DNA from: Lingula anatina
Lineage: Eukaryota; Animalia; Brachiopoda
Length of the DNA: 64,000 nt
Direction of reading: 5' to 3'
NCBI GenBank assembly: GCA_051362555.1
Contig: CM120642.1
Coordinates: 7,192,001 to 7,256,000, forward strand
In this document: positions 52,515 to 64,000 of the stretch, piece after piece
Numbering within the stretch: position 1 is the stretch's first letter
Layout: every line of letters starts with the position of its first letter
The notes under the pieces: generated by a model
The model's database searches: none
Told to the model about the DNA's origin: nothing
Seen by the model: only the letters and a program-made list of their open reading frames with translations
Made by a program: the position numbers and the translations under genes

Positions 52515-54107
52515 TTTTTATGTACAGACACAGATGTGTCTGTACATATAGCCATCATCTGCGTCTGTCGTCGCCGTCGCCGTCGTCGCTGTCGTCGCCG
52601 TCGTCGCCGTCGTCGCCATCGCCGTGCACTTTTACCGATAACACGATAAGTGGAAAACCATTTTACCTTTTGACTTGAAACTTGCAGAACTGATGAATAT
52701 TCATAATACGCAGGTCAAGTTCGAAAATCAGCATGATCGGGTCTCTTTTAGGGAATTTATGCTGTTTTTTCACTTTTTTCAGCATATATGCAGCACCGAT
52801 AACACGATAAGTGGAAAACCATTTGACCTTTTGACTTGAAACTTACAGAACTGATGAATATTCATAATACGCAGGTCAAGTTCGAAAATCAGCATGATCG
52901 GGTTACTTTTAGGGAATTTATGCTGTTTTTTCACTTTTTTCAGCATGTATGCAGCACTGATAACACGATAAGTGGAAAACCATTTTACCTTTTGACTTGA
53001 AACTTACAGAACTGATGAATATTCATAATACGCAGGTCAAGTTCGAAAATCAGCATGATCGGGTCACTTTTAGGGAATTTATGCTGTTTTTTCACTTTTT
53101 TCAGCATATATGCAGCACCGATAACACGATAAGTGGAAAACCATTTTACCTTTTGACTTGAAACTTACAGAACTGATGAATATTCATAATACGCAGGTCA
53201 AGTTCGAAAATCAGCATGATCGGGTCACTTTTAGGGAATTTATGCTGTTTTTTCACTATTTTCAATATAAATGCAACACTGATAACACAATATAAGAAAA
53301 ACGGATTGGCCAATTATAATTATACTCACAGGAGTGGTCAATCTTACTAAAACGCAGGTTGTTTTCGAAAATAAGCATAATCGGGCCATTACTTAAGAAG
53401 TTATACTGTTTTTTCACATTTCCTCAGATTCAATTATTAGGCATGTTAACAGTCTCATTATTTAACTAATAAGATGCCTAAAAGTGTTTGTTTGATATTT
53501 CCTGCATCTTTACAACATTGTTAGTTGATTATGTAAAAAACATGGTAAACTTGTTATCATGTATTGTGTAATAAAGTGTCAAAAATAGAAATAAACTCAT
53601 ATCATTGCAGTTTGTCAGATTCAATCATCCACTATGTTCAGAATCTCAGAATGGAGGAAATTAGACATTTAACACTGTTCTATTGATACTTTTCCCATCT
53701 CATCAATTTTCTTAGTTGGACATATAAAAATGGCAGTAAAATGTTTATTTTGTTTTATGTTAAAAAAAGTGTTAAAAATGGAAATAAACCCATTTCAGAA
53801 CAGTGCTGTCTTGTTTACATTTTGGCATTATCAAGGCGTGACTTTGAAGTTCCATGGGCCTGAAGACCTTTGCTAGTCACATTTTCTGAATATCTGTGAT
53901 ACAAATATTTTATAATTAAAAATTGATGGTCATTAAGCTGTTAAACATTATGTAATATTGCATCAAAATTTGAAGAAACCCCCATTTTGGGCACTGCTTC
54001 CATGATGACCATTTAAGGAAAATCATGTCACTTACTGTTTTCAAACTTACAGGATAGAAACATGGGACTAAAATACAGCTTCAGCAGGCAATAGAGTCTG
54101 TTTGGTA
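52515..54107 (+). mobile_element. HINE-like element, copy 2 (3'-truncated, fused to copy 3)
   Basis: T-run plus the same palindrome at 52519-52548, (GTCGCC)n tract, 161-bp repeats and a body homologous to copy 1; stops at tttggta where copy 3 begins. Confidence 0.75.
52637..53440 (+). repeat. 161-bp tandem satellite array (four near-identical units plus a diverged one)
   Basis: GATAACAC anchor at 52637, 52798, 52959, 53120 and 53281 (period 161); conserved core GCAGGTCAAGTTCGAAAATCAGCATGATCGGG. Confidence 0.95.
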
Positions 54108-54193
54108 TTTTTATGTACAGACACAGATGTGTCTGTACATATAGCCATCACCTGCGTCTGTCGTCGCCGTCGTCGTCGCTGTGCACTTTTACC

Positions 54194-55000
54194 GATAACA
54201 CGATAAGTGGAAAACTGTTTTTCATTTCAGCTTGAAACTTACAAAACTGATAAATATTTATAATACGCAAGTCAAGTTCGAAAATCAGCATGATCGGGAC
54301 ACTTGTAGGGAAGTTATGCTGTTTTTTCACTTTTTTCAGCATAAATGCAGCACCGATAACACGATAAATGGAAAACCATTTTACTTTTTGGCTTGAAACT
54401 TACAAAACTGATGAATACTTATAATACGCAGGTCAAGTTCGAAAATCAGCATGATCGGGCCATATTTGTGGAAGTTAAGCAATTTTTTCATTTTTTTCAG
54501 CATAAATGCAACACCAATAACACGATAAGTGAAAAACCGTTTTACCTTTTGGCTTGAAACTTACAGAACTGATGAATATTCTTAATACGCAGGTCAAGTT
54601 CGAAAATCAGCATGATCAGGCCATATTTGTGGAAGTTATGCTATTTTTTCATTTTTTTTTCAGCATAAATACAACACCGATAACACGATAAGCAAAAAAT
54701 CGTTTTACTTTTTGGCTTATAAGTTACTGAAATGATGAATATTCATAATACGCAGGTCAAGTTCGAAAATCAGCCTGATCGGGCCATTTTTATGGAAGTT
54801 ATGCTGTTTTTTCACTATTTCAGCATATGTGCAACACTGATAACACATTTCAAGGAAAATCAATTGGCCAATCATCTTGAAATTCACAGGGGTGAACAGA
54901 TTTACTAAAATACAGATGGGGTTCAAAAATAAGCTTGATCGGTTCAGTTTTGGTGAAATTGTGCCTTTTTTGTATATAAGTTTTTTTTCCTCTGATTTAA
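54194..55000 (+). repeat. 161-163-bp tandem satellite array in HINE copy 3
   Basis: Anchors at 54194, 54355, 54516, 54679 and 54839; same core, more diverged between units. Confidence 0.9.
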
Positions 55001-56661
55001 TTCTTAGGCATGTTAACAATATCATTTGTGAACTAATTAGTAATGTAAAGGTGTTCTTTTGACATTTTCTGCATCTTAACAATATTGTTAGTTGATCATA
55101 TAAAAATGATGGTAAACCTGTTATTGTGCATTGTGTAATAAAGTGTCAAAAATGGAAATAAACTCATATCTTTACAGTTTGTCAGATTCAATCATTCACC
55201 ATGTTCAGAATCTCAGAATGGAACAAATTGGACATTTAAAATTGTTCTATTGATATTTTTCCTATGTCAACAACTTTTTTAGTTGATCATTTAAAAACGA
55301 CAGTAAATTGATTATTTTGATATATGTAAAAAATGTGTTGAAAGTGGAAAGAAATTCATTTTAGTAGTTATCTCTTGTGTACATTTTGGCATTTTGAAGT
55401 TGTGACTCTGAACTTCCATGACCCTGAAGACCTTTCCATATCAAATTTTCTGAATATCCATGATACTTTTATTTAATTATTAAAAATTGATGGTCATTAT
55501 GCTGTTAAGCAATATGTAATATTGCATCAAAATTGAAGACAACCACATTTTAGACGATGCCTCCATAGTGACCATTAAAGGAAAACCAAGTCACTTACTC
55601 TTCTCAAACTTACAGAAATGTAGCATAGCACTAAATTATAGCTTCAGTTGGAAAACCTGTTATATCGGTTAACTTTCTTGGAAATTATATAGTTTTTTGT
55701 TACAATTAAAATTTTCACATATGGACATTTTCAAGGTGTGACTTAGTCTTTGAACTTCCATTGGCTTGAATACCATTGCTAGTAACATCTTTTGAATAGC
55801 TATGATACATTTACTTTATTATTAAAAATTGATGGCCATTGTGCTGTTAAGCATTATGTTAAATTGCATAAAAGATGAAAAAAAAACTTTTTTGGTCATC
55901 GCTGCTAGGATGACCATTAAAGAAAAACCATTTTACTTATGATATTCTAACTTACTGAAAAGTTTCATAGGACTGAAGTGTAGCTTGTGTTGGAAACCAG
56001 TGTGATTGTTTTCTGTTTTGGAAGCAATGCAGCTCTGTGGGGTGCTATATGGGGCTACTGTTTATGGATGGTGGTAATTGTCCCTTGGGATAATCATTAG
56101 CTAAATTCAGAGCTATAAAATTACTTGCCTAATTGATTTTCAAGTGCCCATTAAATAAGATTACATAAAACACATGTTGAGATTTCCCATTCAAGTCCTA
56201 TAGGTTAAGCTCTCTTAACTGTGTCACATAATTAGGAATTGGTGATAATTATGCAGGTAAATGTTGTTTAATATTGCAAATAAGTTTACAAAAGAAAAAA
56301 AATATGTGTAATGCCAACATTAATGCTATAAATGAATAACAGTGCCTTATTATCCTCAAACACATTGGGATTATTCATATCATGTTAATACAGCAAGATT
56401 AAAAGTTTGAATAGCAGCTTTATTGGATTTTTTTTTGTGTGTGTGTTTTCTTTTTAAATTTTTTCTAAACACTGGCATTTTCAACTCCCATCCACCTGAA
56501 GCTCTTCAGATTTTCTGTATTTCCACATAAGCAGTTGCATAGGTTTTTATGTCTTTAAACATTATGTAATATTATTTTATGCACTGTCAACATTTTTCAA
56601 ATATTGGGATTTTCATTATGTGAATTTGAACTCTCATAGTCCAGAAACTGTAATCTTATTG

Positions 56662-56829
56662 CAGGGGTGGATTGAGGCCGTCTTCTGGGTCTTTCAGATG
56701 ACGGTCAGATTTTAAAGTTTACATTGACTGGTATCAATTTTTTTCTGTTGGAAGACCATCACACGTGGAGGATGGATCAACAAAGATACTTTGGAATACT
56801 GTCAGAAAATATCTCTGGATCTGCTCCTG
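56662..56829. mobile_element. 168-bp MITE with CAGGGG-type TIR and 6-bp TSD, nested in HINE copy 3
   Basis: TTATTG directly repeated on both sides; termini CAGGGGTGGAT / ATCTGCTCCTG. Confidence 0.8.
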
Positions 56830-57106
56830 TTATTGACCATGTTACCTGTTGTGCATGATTAAAAATCTGTGTTGACTGACAGTGCTATTATAAGCATTAT
56901 TTAATATTGCATCAAAATTGACAAAATGACCTATTTTGCATCTTTATTTTCTGTTTTTTGTCTGTACATTTGACAGCTTTGCTGCCTTGTTCATAATATG
57001 CTATTTGTCTTTTAAAAGTTGATATGTAAAACAGGCTTTACCATCCTACCAAATGCTAATGTTAGAAATGTTCTGTCACATCAGAGTCCTAGGGTTGTCC
57101 TACTAA

Positions 57107-57408
57107 GATCGCATTCACAACGAGTTGAGCCAGGCTTTACAAATCCTTGGGACTAAATATGGCGGTTGTACATGAAAGAAAAACCGCCTAATCTTTTAAT
57201 AGTCTCTCCGCCTCTCACACGCCTCCCGACACGTCGTCCCTACAAGGGGACAGTCATTAAATCTCGGCTCCATTGGGATGACACATGGGGAGGCGTGTGA
57301 GAGGCGGAGAGACTATTAAAAGATTAGGCGGTTTTTCTTTCATGTACGTCCACCATATTTAGTCCCCAGGATTTGTAAAGCCTGGCTCAACTCGTTGTGA
57401 ATGCGATC
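57107..57408. mobile_element. Fold-back PIF/Harbinger-like MITE, copy B (302 bp)
   Basis: TAA TSD in a cTAAg target (57104-57106 and 57409-57411); about 120-bp near-perfect arms GATCGCATTCACAACGAG... / ...CTCGTTGTGAATGCGATC. Confidence 0.9.
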
Positions 57409-58720
57409 TAAGACAGTCATGGCAAAACTAGCCACTGAGCCATGCTGTGCACCACTGGCTTGAGTACAATCAGGTTGAATCAGATCTGTATTATGGAGCA
57501 TTGCATGAACACAGCTAAAAACAGAATTAAGCACTTGCTGTGTTCGCTGTAGACGCAAGTAGTTTACATTCACTTTTTCAAAACACCTCTTATGCAATAC
57601 CCTTTGATGTATTTGTAGTTTAATATCTATCACTTTCATGTAAACTTTGACAAAAATAAAACACTTACCAATCCTTAAAATTTAACACTGAAGCACTTCT
57701 GTCCCCGAAGTATAAAGTACAAGTCACTTACAAAACTACAAACTGGTTGGCGCAGTGTGCCTAGTTACGTTTTATCCAAAGGAACAAGCCCATAAAAAAA
57801 ATTGAAGTAGTCAAATACATCAGACAGATAATACTATGCAGCATCATTAAATTGTTGAGGCTACCCTATTCTTAACCTCAATAAGCGTCCACTCTAAACT
57901 TGCTCTTGCCCACGGCTGATTTATTGTGTGCAGAGCGGGCGAATTGATGTGGTTTTACAAAGAAACACATCTTATCCTTTACGTTTTAAAGTTACAATCA
58001 CCCTTGTAACTGCTGCAGGCTTTCATGAAAGCATAAAAGAAATGTCACTGCTGTTGTATATTGACAAACCCAGGATTTTTTAAGGGGAGGGGGGAGTGAA
58101 TCACAATGATAAAATTTTTACTGTAAAATGCAGGAAAAAGCACAAATAAACCCCTTGCTTTGTTCTCGTTCAGAATTTTTTAGGGAGAAGAAAGTGCCTA
58201 AAGCTAAGGTGAGGGTAGAGGCATGTGGACCACTGTGTATCAGCCAGTCATCCACCTCCCCTCCCAGGATCTGCCACTGGCTGTATTATAGGGTTCATTT
58301 ACATGTCATTGTAAAATTGGGAAAAGAAAAGAAAAAAAAACAGCACTCTTTTTAGTCAACTTCAATTTCTTTCTTTTTGAGTGACTTTCAAGAATTTCAT
58401 GCCATATTTCCACACACTGCAGAAAAACAATCTACTCAAACATATAAACAGTTTTCTAAGAAGTCCTGTAACTAAATTCTGGAAACTAAACTAGAATGGA
58501 TTAAATAACAGAACTAGCACCTCTCCTTTAGTGATAACAAAGAAAAATCCCATATTCATCCTATGTATGATATCAAGTAGCAGATAACCTCCCAATTTTA
58601 AAACTATTAAGATCAGTCTTCAGTCTGGTGATTTCACTCACCTGTGCTCAAGACAACTGCATTCCAGCGATGTTTGTGAGCACTTACCTTCAGTCTCAGT
58701 TACACTTAATGCTACGGTTA

Positions 58721-59041
58721 GTACTACAACTACTCTCTTTCACATTGTCCTCTCCAAGGGATTTGTCACATAGGTATTCTCTTTGGCATTTTGTTCTACA
58801 ACTAGTCTCTTTCACATAGGTCTTCCCCTTGGCATTTAGTACTACAACCTGCCTCTTTCACATAGGTCTTCTTTATTTGTGGCATTTTCAATTTTTGTAA
58901 CAACAACTAGTATCTTTCATGTAGGTCCTCTTTGCAGCATTTAGTACTACAACTAGTCTCTTTCACATAGGTCGTCTTTGTGGCATTTTGTACTACAACT
59001 AGTCACACAGGTCTTCTACTTGGTATTTTGTTCTACAACTA
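58721..59041 (+). repeat. Degenerate ~40-50-bp minisatellite (about 7 units)
   Basis: Recurring tacaactagtctctttcacataggtc...tggcattt. Confidence 0.85.
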
Positions 59042-60452
59042 ATATCTCTAACAGGGATGAGTGGGAACAAGAAAGAAAAAAAGGATGCTCTCATATTGTC
59101 AAGAACAATTTAATTAATTTTTCTTTCTTTATTTTATTATCTTTTATTTATTTTCCCAGATTTCCTTTCCTTTCCAACCTAAACTGGCTGTAAAACTTAC
59201 CCATGTTCATTACATGCCTCCTAGGAATATTTTAAGCACAGATAGTCTTTATATTGTATGTTTATCATTACAATTCCAAAGGGAATCCATTTCTAATTAA
59301 ACAACTACATGTACTTACATTTGACTGAAACTTTCCTGGTCCTAAATTGTAAAAAAAAAAAGTTCAATGTGCACTAGAAAGGACAAAGTTTTAAGAGAAC
59401 TTCCAATGAGTCCCATCTCAACCAAGTACTTCAGTAATAGAGAATGAATAATTTATTTACTTTCTCCTAGGGTGGTCTGTACTGACTTCTTTCCATGGTT
59501 CACTCCCTCTGGACCACACACACTTAAACAAAAAGACTCCATGGAGCAACACAGATATAATTATCCTTTTTATTATGGCACTTTGGCAGTGACAAACTGA
59601 ACTCTTTCACTACGCCTGTTAAATCACAAGAGATAAAAACAATTTAAAGTTCTTATCTAAGAAAATTTAACCAAGTTTTTTTTTTTTCAAATACTATAAT
59701 GAACATTATAGGACATGACAAAATCAGAATCTCTTCTTCAAACGTATTTATCGAAAAACACAATATCAAATTCACCTAAATTAACATTTTTTCAAAGGGT
59801 AAATGATTCTACAAGATGAGCAAAGGTTTATTTTGTAATTTAACATAATATTTCAAAATGAATATGACTCTGAAGATGACCAGTATGACTCAGGACTCAT
59901 GTTAAGACACACAGGTAAAGTGCCTATTTTACGAGCCATTAAATTCAAAGCTGAAAGTCCTTCAACAATACCTGGCAGTAAATTGACATCTCATGTTCTA
60001 TATAATTGTCACTGATGCTATCCGCACTTGCATATTTTCCAATCTTTAGTGACCAGGGTCAAGGGGTCAGATAGTAAACCTCTATCTGGACCAAGTTGCA
60101 GTAAGACTGAGGACATCAATAATGGACCACTTCTGACATCAATAACACTCAAAAATATGTGTCAGTGATCTAGGCTTGGAATATGAAGCTCCATAAAACA
60201 AAAAAAATCTGTATAATGAGCAAAAAATATATATCTCCCTCCCACTCTCCTCCCCCCTACATATCTCTTCAGGTAAAATATTTTGGCCAGGCTGGTTTCA
60301 TTGCTGTTATGTCTGTTAAAAGCATTTCTGTGCAGAGTTCAGTGACAACTGTATTTAAAATTACCATGGCCCATAGGAGACTACATGTGCACATTTCACC
60401 AAGGCTCCAAACTCTGTACCATGTCATTTTATCTGAAACTCCTCCTGAAAAG

Positions 60453-60762
60453 AGGGCCATTCAGAATGAGATGAGTCAAGTGCTAGCTGGTCCATGGCCT
60501 AAATATGGCAAACCTACATATATCAAAGGAAGACCGCTTAATCCTGTATTGGTCTGTCCGCCTCTTTCATGCCTCCACACACATCGTCCCTGCAGGGACA
60601 AAGTAGTTAAAGTCTCAGCTCAATTTGACCGATGACGCGTGGGTATCCGTGTGAGAGGAGGAGAGACCATTACAGGATTAAGCGGTCTTCCTTTCATGTA
60701 GGTCCGCCATATTTAGGCCGTGAACCAGCTAGCATTCGGCTCCTCTCATACTGAATGGCCCC
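60453..60762. mobile_element. Fold-back PIF/Harbinger-like MITE, copy C
   Basis: Arms GGGCCATTCAG... / ...CTGAATGGCCC; same internal layout and loop (CGTCCCT...GGGAC...TCTC.GCTC.ATT) as copy B. The TSD is not clear. Confidence 0.8.
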
Positions 60763-62335
60763 CAAGGTAACATCAATACAAGCAATCAATAACATGTATT
60801 GTACCAGCTTCAGATTTTTCTCAGGGAAACAATAAATAAATTGAGGATTTTCTCTCTGTTTTATGGTCAATTAATTTCCTGGGACTTTGGAATCATTTCC
60901 TATCTTGGTCTTTATTTACTGCCATCCAAAAAATATGAAGTCAGCACAGGCAAAACACAGGCATCTATGGGCCATGGTAACAAACCTTTTATCTCAAGTG
61001 ACTAGAAGTGTCTCCATTTTCATCCCATTGCATAACCAGTTGTATACAAAACCACATGTGATAACCCAATCTCCTGCTAATGTGTTTACTTCAATACCAC
61101 TAGACCTTTTACCAATAAAATCAGATGTTTTGCTTGATTTTTTTATTAAAACTTGGAACCTTTTTTCTTGTAATCCCAATGTGAGGAGATGCACCCTGAG
61201 TTTTAAGGGGTTTTCCTTAACTTGGAACCTTTTCCACTTGCTATTCCAAAATTAAAAAGTTGCCCCCTCCCCCCAAGTTAAATGAGTTACTGAAACCTAA
61301 ACTTTCAACCCATTTATAACAGTAGACCGATATATGCCACCTTTTTGTTCCTTTTGACCTCAAGAGGATTCACAATCTTCAAATTTCACCCTGACCCCTC
61401 CCCCTTGCATTCAAAGAAAGTACTAGCCATAAACAGCCTATTAAGATGATGAGAAAACAGTGGTCACTTTAAGATGACCACTACAGCACAACAGGTATTT
61501 AAACCCACCTCTACTTCTGTTATGCAATTTTGACAAAATTAAAATATTTCACAAAGGCTGATGAAGGGGATTTTTTTTTAATTATCCTTATGTCTCTTTT
61601 AAATATCTGTATTGTTCAGCATTTTTTCATTCACCTAGTAATTTTCCTGACTTTGATATCGCGTTGGGGGGGGGGGGGGGTCAATTATCAGCCAAAAAAA
61701 CTACTACTGTGTTTCTAAAGCCTTACTTGGATTTTCTTTAGAGCAAAAGATGTTTCTTACAATGACAGGTGCTTTAATACCACCAGGGTATCTCCCTATG
61801 AACACTGTCACCAGGCACAGGTACTGTATGTCACAAATAGGATTACAACATGAGTGACAGTGTGACATCAGCCTAAGGGCAAAACACCTGACTTTTCATG
61901 AACCTACGGTGTTGTAACAGACACAGTTTTTTCTTTCATTCTATTTTCACTGGTAATCTTTTACTTTATGTAACAACCGGTGTTTTCTGATAACAAGAGC
62001 ACAAAAAGCAGTCTGGTAGAGGTTACTGGTTATATATTTGAGGAGAATGTCAGTAACAACCAAGTGTAACCTTGTAACTTAACTCAGGCAAAACAAAGAC
62101 AGACAGACATACTATCAGCATGCAGAAAAGCTGCGCACACACTTACACACACACTTAAAAAAAAACAAAGTACACACACATACTAACTCCCTTTAATTGT
62201 AGCACACATACACCTTTGAAGGCATGACACATACATGAATTACCTTGCTTATTTCATATATATACATATGTATACCATATAAGTACATACATAAAATAAA
62301 CAACATACTTTGAATCTCATTCTGTCATGTCTATA

Positions 62336-62724
62336 CAGGGGTGGATCCATATATATTTTCTGACAGTCTTTCAAATTATCTTAATTGATCCATCCTCCAT
62401 TTTTGACCATCTCCCAACAGAAAAAGTTAGATATGTAAACTTGAAAATCTGACTGTCTTCCAGAAGACCTAGGGTGCTTTCCCAGAGATTTAGATCGATC
62501 TAAAGATTAAGATTTAGATCGACCTCACTCCCTGGGGGTTCACGCTTAATTGCAGTCAGCCGAGCGGGCACCATAGTTAATTACCCCCTTACAGCTTTTA
62601 GTAGGCGGGACAGACGCTTAAGCCGGCCAAGCTGACAGTAATCTAGTGAGACTCCCTACAGGGATAGATCGATCTAAAAATCTATGGAAATGGGGTGCTA
62701 GAAGACGGCCTCAATCTGCCCCTG
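62336..62724. mobile_element. Second copy (inverted) of the CAGGGG / 6-bp-TSD MITE, carrying a nested insertion
   Basis: Termini CAGGGGTGGAT / ATCTGCCCCTG; flanks TCTATA / TCTATT; aligns to the reverse complement of 56662-56829 once 62472-62697 is removed. Confidence 0.8.
62472..62697. mobile_element. Same family, copy 2, nested in a CAGGGG element
   Basis: Flanked by a CTA(G) duplication; interrupts a host element whose uninterrupted copy is at 56662-56829. Confidence 0.8.
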
Positions 62725-63067
62725 TCTATTCCTCAACTGAATGCTTGATCCACCAAAACATGGTAATTTTAACAAGCCCAACTTGAATGTTGTATGCCCT
62801 CATATACACGCGCACACAAACATGCCCATATACTCACATACATACACATGGGCGAAAGTTATAAAAACTAAAAAATCCTGAAAATCTAGCTTGCAACTTC
62901 TCATTGCATTTAGACCATATTAAAAAATGATCAAAATAAAGACTGATTACCTAAAATCAGGCATAATTCTGAAAACTTTCAACCAAGCATATATGTAAAC
63001 ACTGAACACACACAGACACAAACAAACTAACATATATGTCAGACATCTGCCACAAACTTCGCCTCAC

Positions 63068-63240
63068 CTGTTAAAGTGTAGTATTACCAAGTGCAGCTGA
63101 CACCTTGATACACATTTTTATGTACAACAACAACAACAACATCAACAACAACTATGACAGCACACACTGTATTGCATGTCCCTCTGTGCTTACTGACCAC
63201 AGTGTACTGACCACAATATGTTGTCCACTGCGAACTGACC
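63068..63240 (-). promoter_or_regulatory. Candidate non-coding first (5'UTR) exon
   Basis: Initiator-like TCAGTT at 63238-63233 in a locally CpG-richer patch; donor CAG|gtgagg after 63068. Confidence 0.25.
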
Positions 63241-64000
63241 GCAGCGTAACTCAATCCACAGACACAATGAGACAGGGCAGTCAAGTCTGACGCTCCCCTC
63301 ACAATATCAACACAAAAAGAAATTCAAGGATCACTTGAAATGCCAGGTCTTTAGGTAGGGAATCACCTTTTGAGCTGCGTTCACTCAGCAAAAATAAAAT
63401 GGGTCCTGAAATGTGCCATCTAATGTTGTTTAATGGAGTATTTTAGATTTTATTGAAAAGGAATCAAGCAGTTACCAGCCCAGCAAGAGGCTACCTGTTT
63501 GCATGTGATGAGGTCTAGCTGTGCTGTAGCAGGTTGACTACCACAGTGTAATAAAATCATCTAAGCCATCAGTTTTGTATTTTCCTGTTTGAATACTCCC
63601 CAGTTCAAAATATTTTTACTATATAGCTCTAGGTATCCATAGAGGTAAAATTTCTTACTACCAACAGTTCAAACTACCGTTTAACAATAACTAGCTTTTT
63701 TCTATTCTGAATTTTATCATTTTAAGTAAGGTAAGTATCACTGAGATACAGTGACAGATTAATATTCTATAATTCCTATATATCAAATTCACTGGGCTGT
63801 TCCTAGTCTACCTCACACATTAAGTTCTATACTATTTTCAGTTATTACACACTTACACCTACCTCCTGGTGCATGACTACTTACTCTTTTTTTTCTGTGC
63901 CAAACTTAAATGAGAATATCAACTCAAAATATAAAAACAATTATGTGTAGCTGCAGAGTGGATAAACAGTTCCCATCTCCCTGTTCAACCAGTTAACTCA

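Larger units (their letters stand above)
54108..56991 (+). mobile_element. HINE-like element, copy 3 (complete ends)
   Basis: Palindrome at 54112-54141, microsatellite, 161-163-bp repeats, and 3' end gtctgtacatttgacagctttgctgccttgtt identical to the reverse complement of the copy 1 end. Confidence 0.75.

Noticed and set aside
52637-53440. Regularly spaced conserved core resembling a CRISPR array
   Set aside because: The sequence between cores is also repeated (no unique spacers), the period is 161 bp, the context is eukaryotic and there are no cas genes; it is a satellite.
58721-59041. Short repeat array as a possible CRISPR or coding repeat
   Set aside because: Contiguous degenerate minisatellite without unique spacers; the overlapping ORFs are short and uninformative.
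60183-60635. 150-aa plus-strand ORF
   Set aside because: Runs from unique intron sequence into fold-back MITE copy C; no domain signal.

Overview
AT-rich, CpG-poor eukaryotic DNA with long introns and many microsatellites. It is most likely an invertebrate genome; the repeat types suggest a mollusc or other lophotrochozoan, but that is inference. Most of the window is the 5' part of one large minus-strand gene that I cannot name. Hand-assembled GT-AG, phase-0 coding exons are 41386-41318 (start), 19195-19004, a possible 24-nt microexon 16679-16656, a 2073-nt disordered exon 11396-9324 rich in short motifs, and 8914-8759. The gene then either ends in a short terminal exon (8678-8628) or continues past the left edge. 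Several candidate alternative first exons are present (33899, 5441-5367, 1770-1639, ~63240-63068). The introns hold many DNA transposons: a TTAA-flanked Kolobok-type element with a THAP exon (45984-47365), two Kolobok-type MITEs, three fold-back PIF/Harbinger-like MITEs whose arms co-vary, two further Harbinger-like families, and a CAGGGG-ended family with a 6-bp TSD present as both empty and filled copies. Helentron-type (HINE/DINE-like) elements carrying a 161-bp satellite form a large inverted pair. No prokaryotic features, CRISPR arrays, rRNA or tRNA genes were recognised. The most unusual signals are a chain of AUGA stop-start uORFs at the start codon, the co-varying hairpin MITEs and the satellite-bearing HINE cluster. 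I see no convincing evidence of a wholly new system beyond these.
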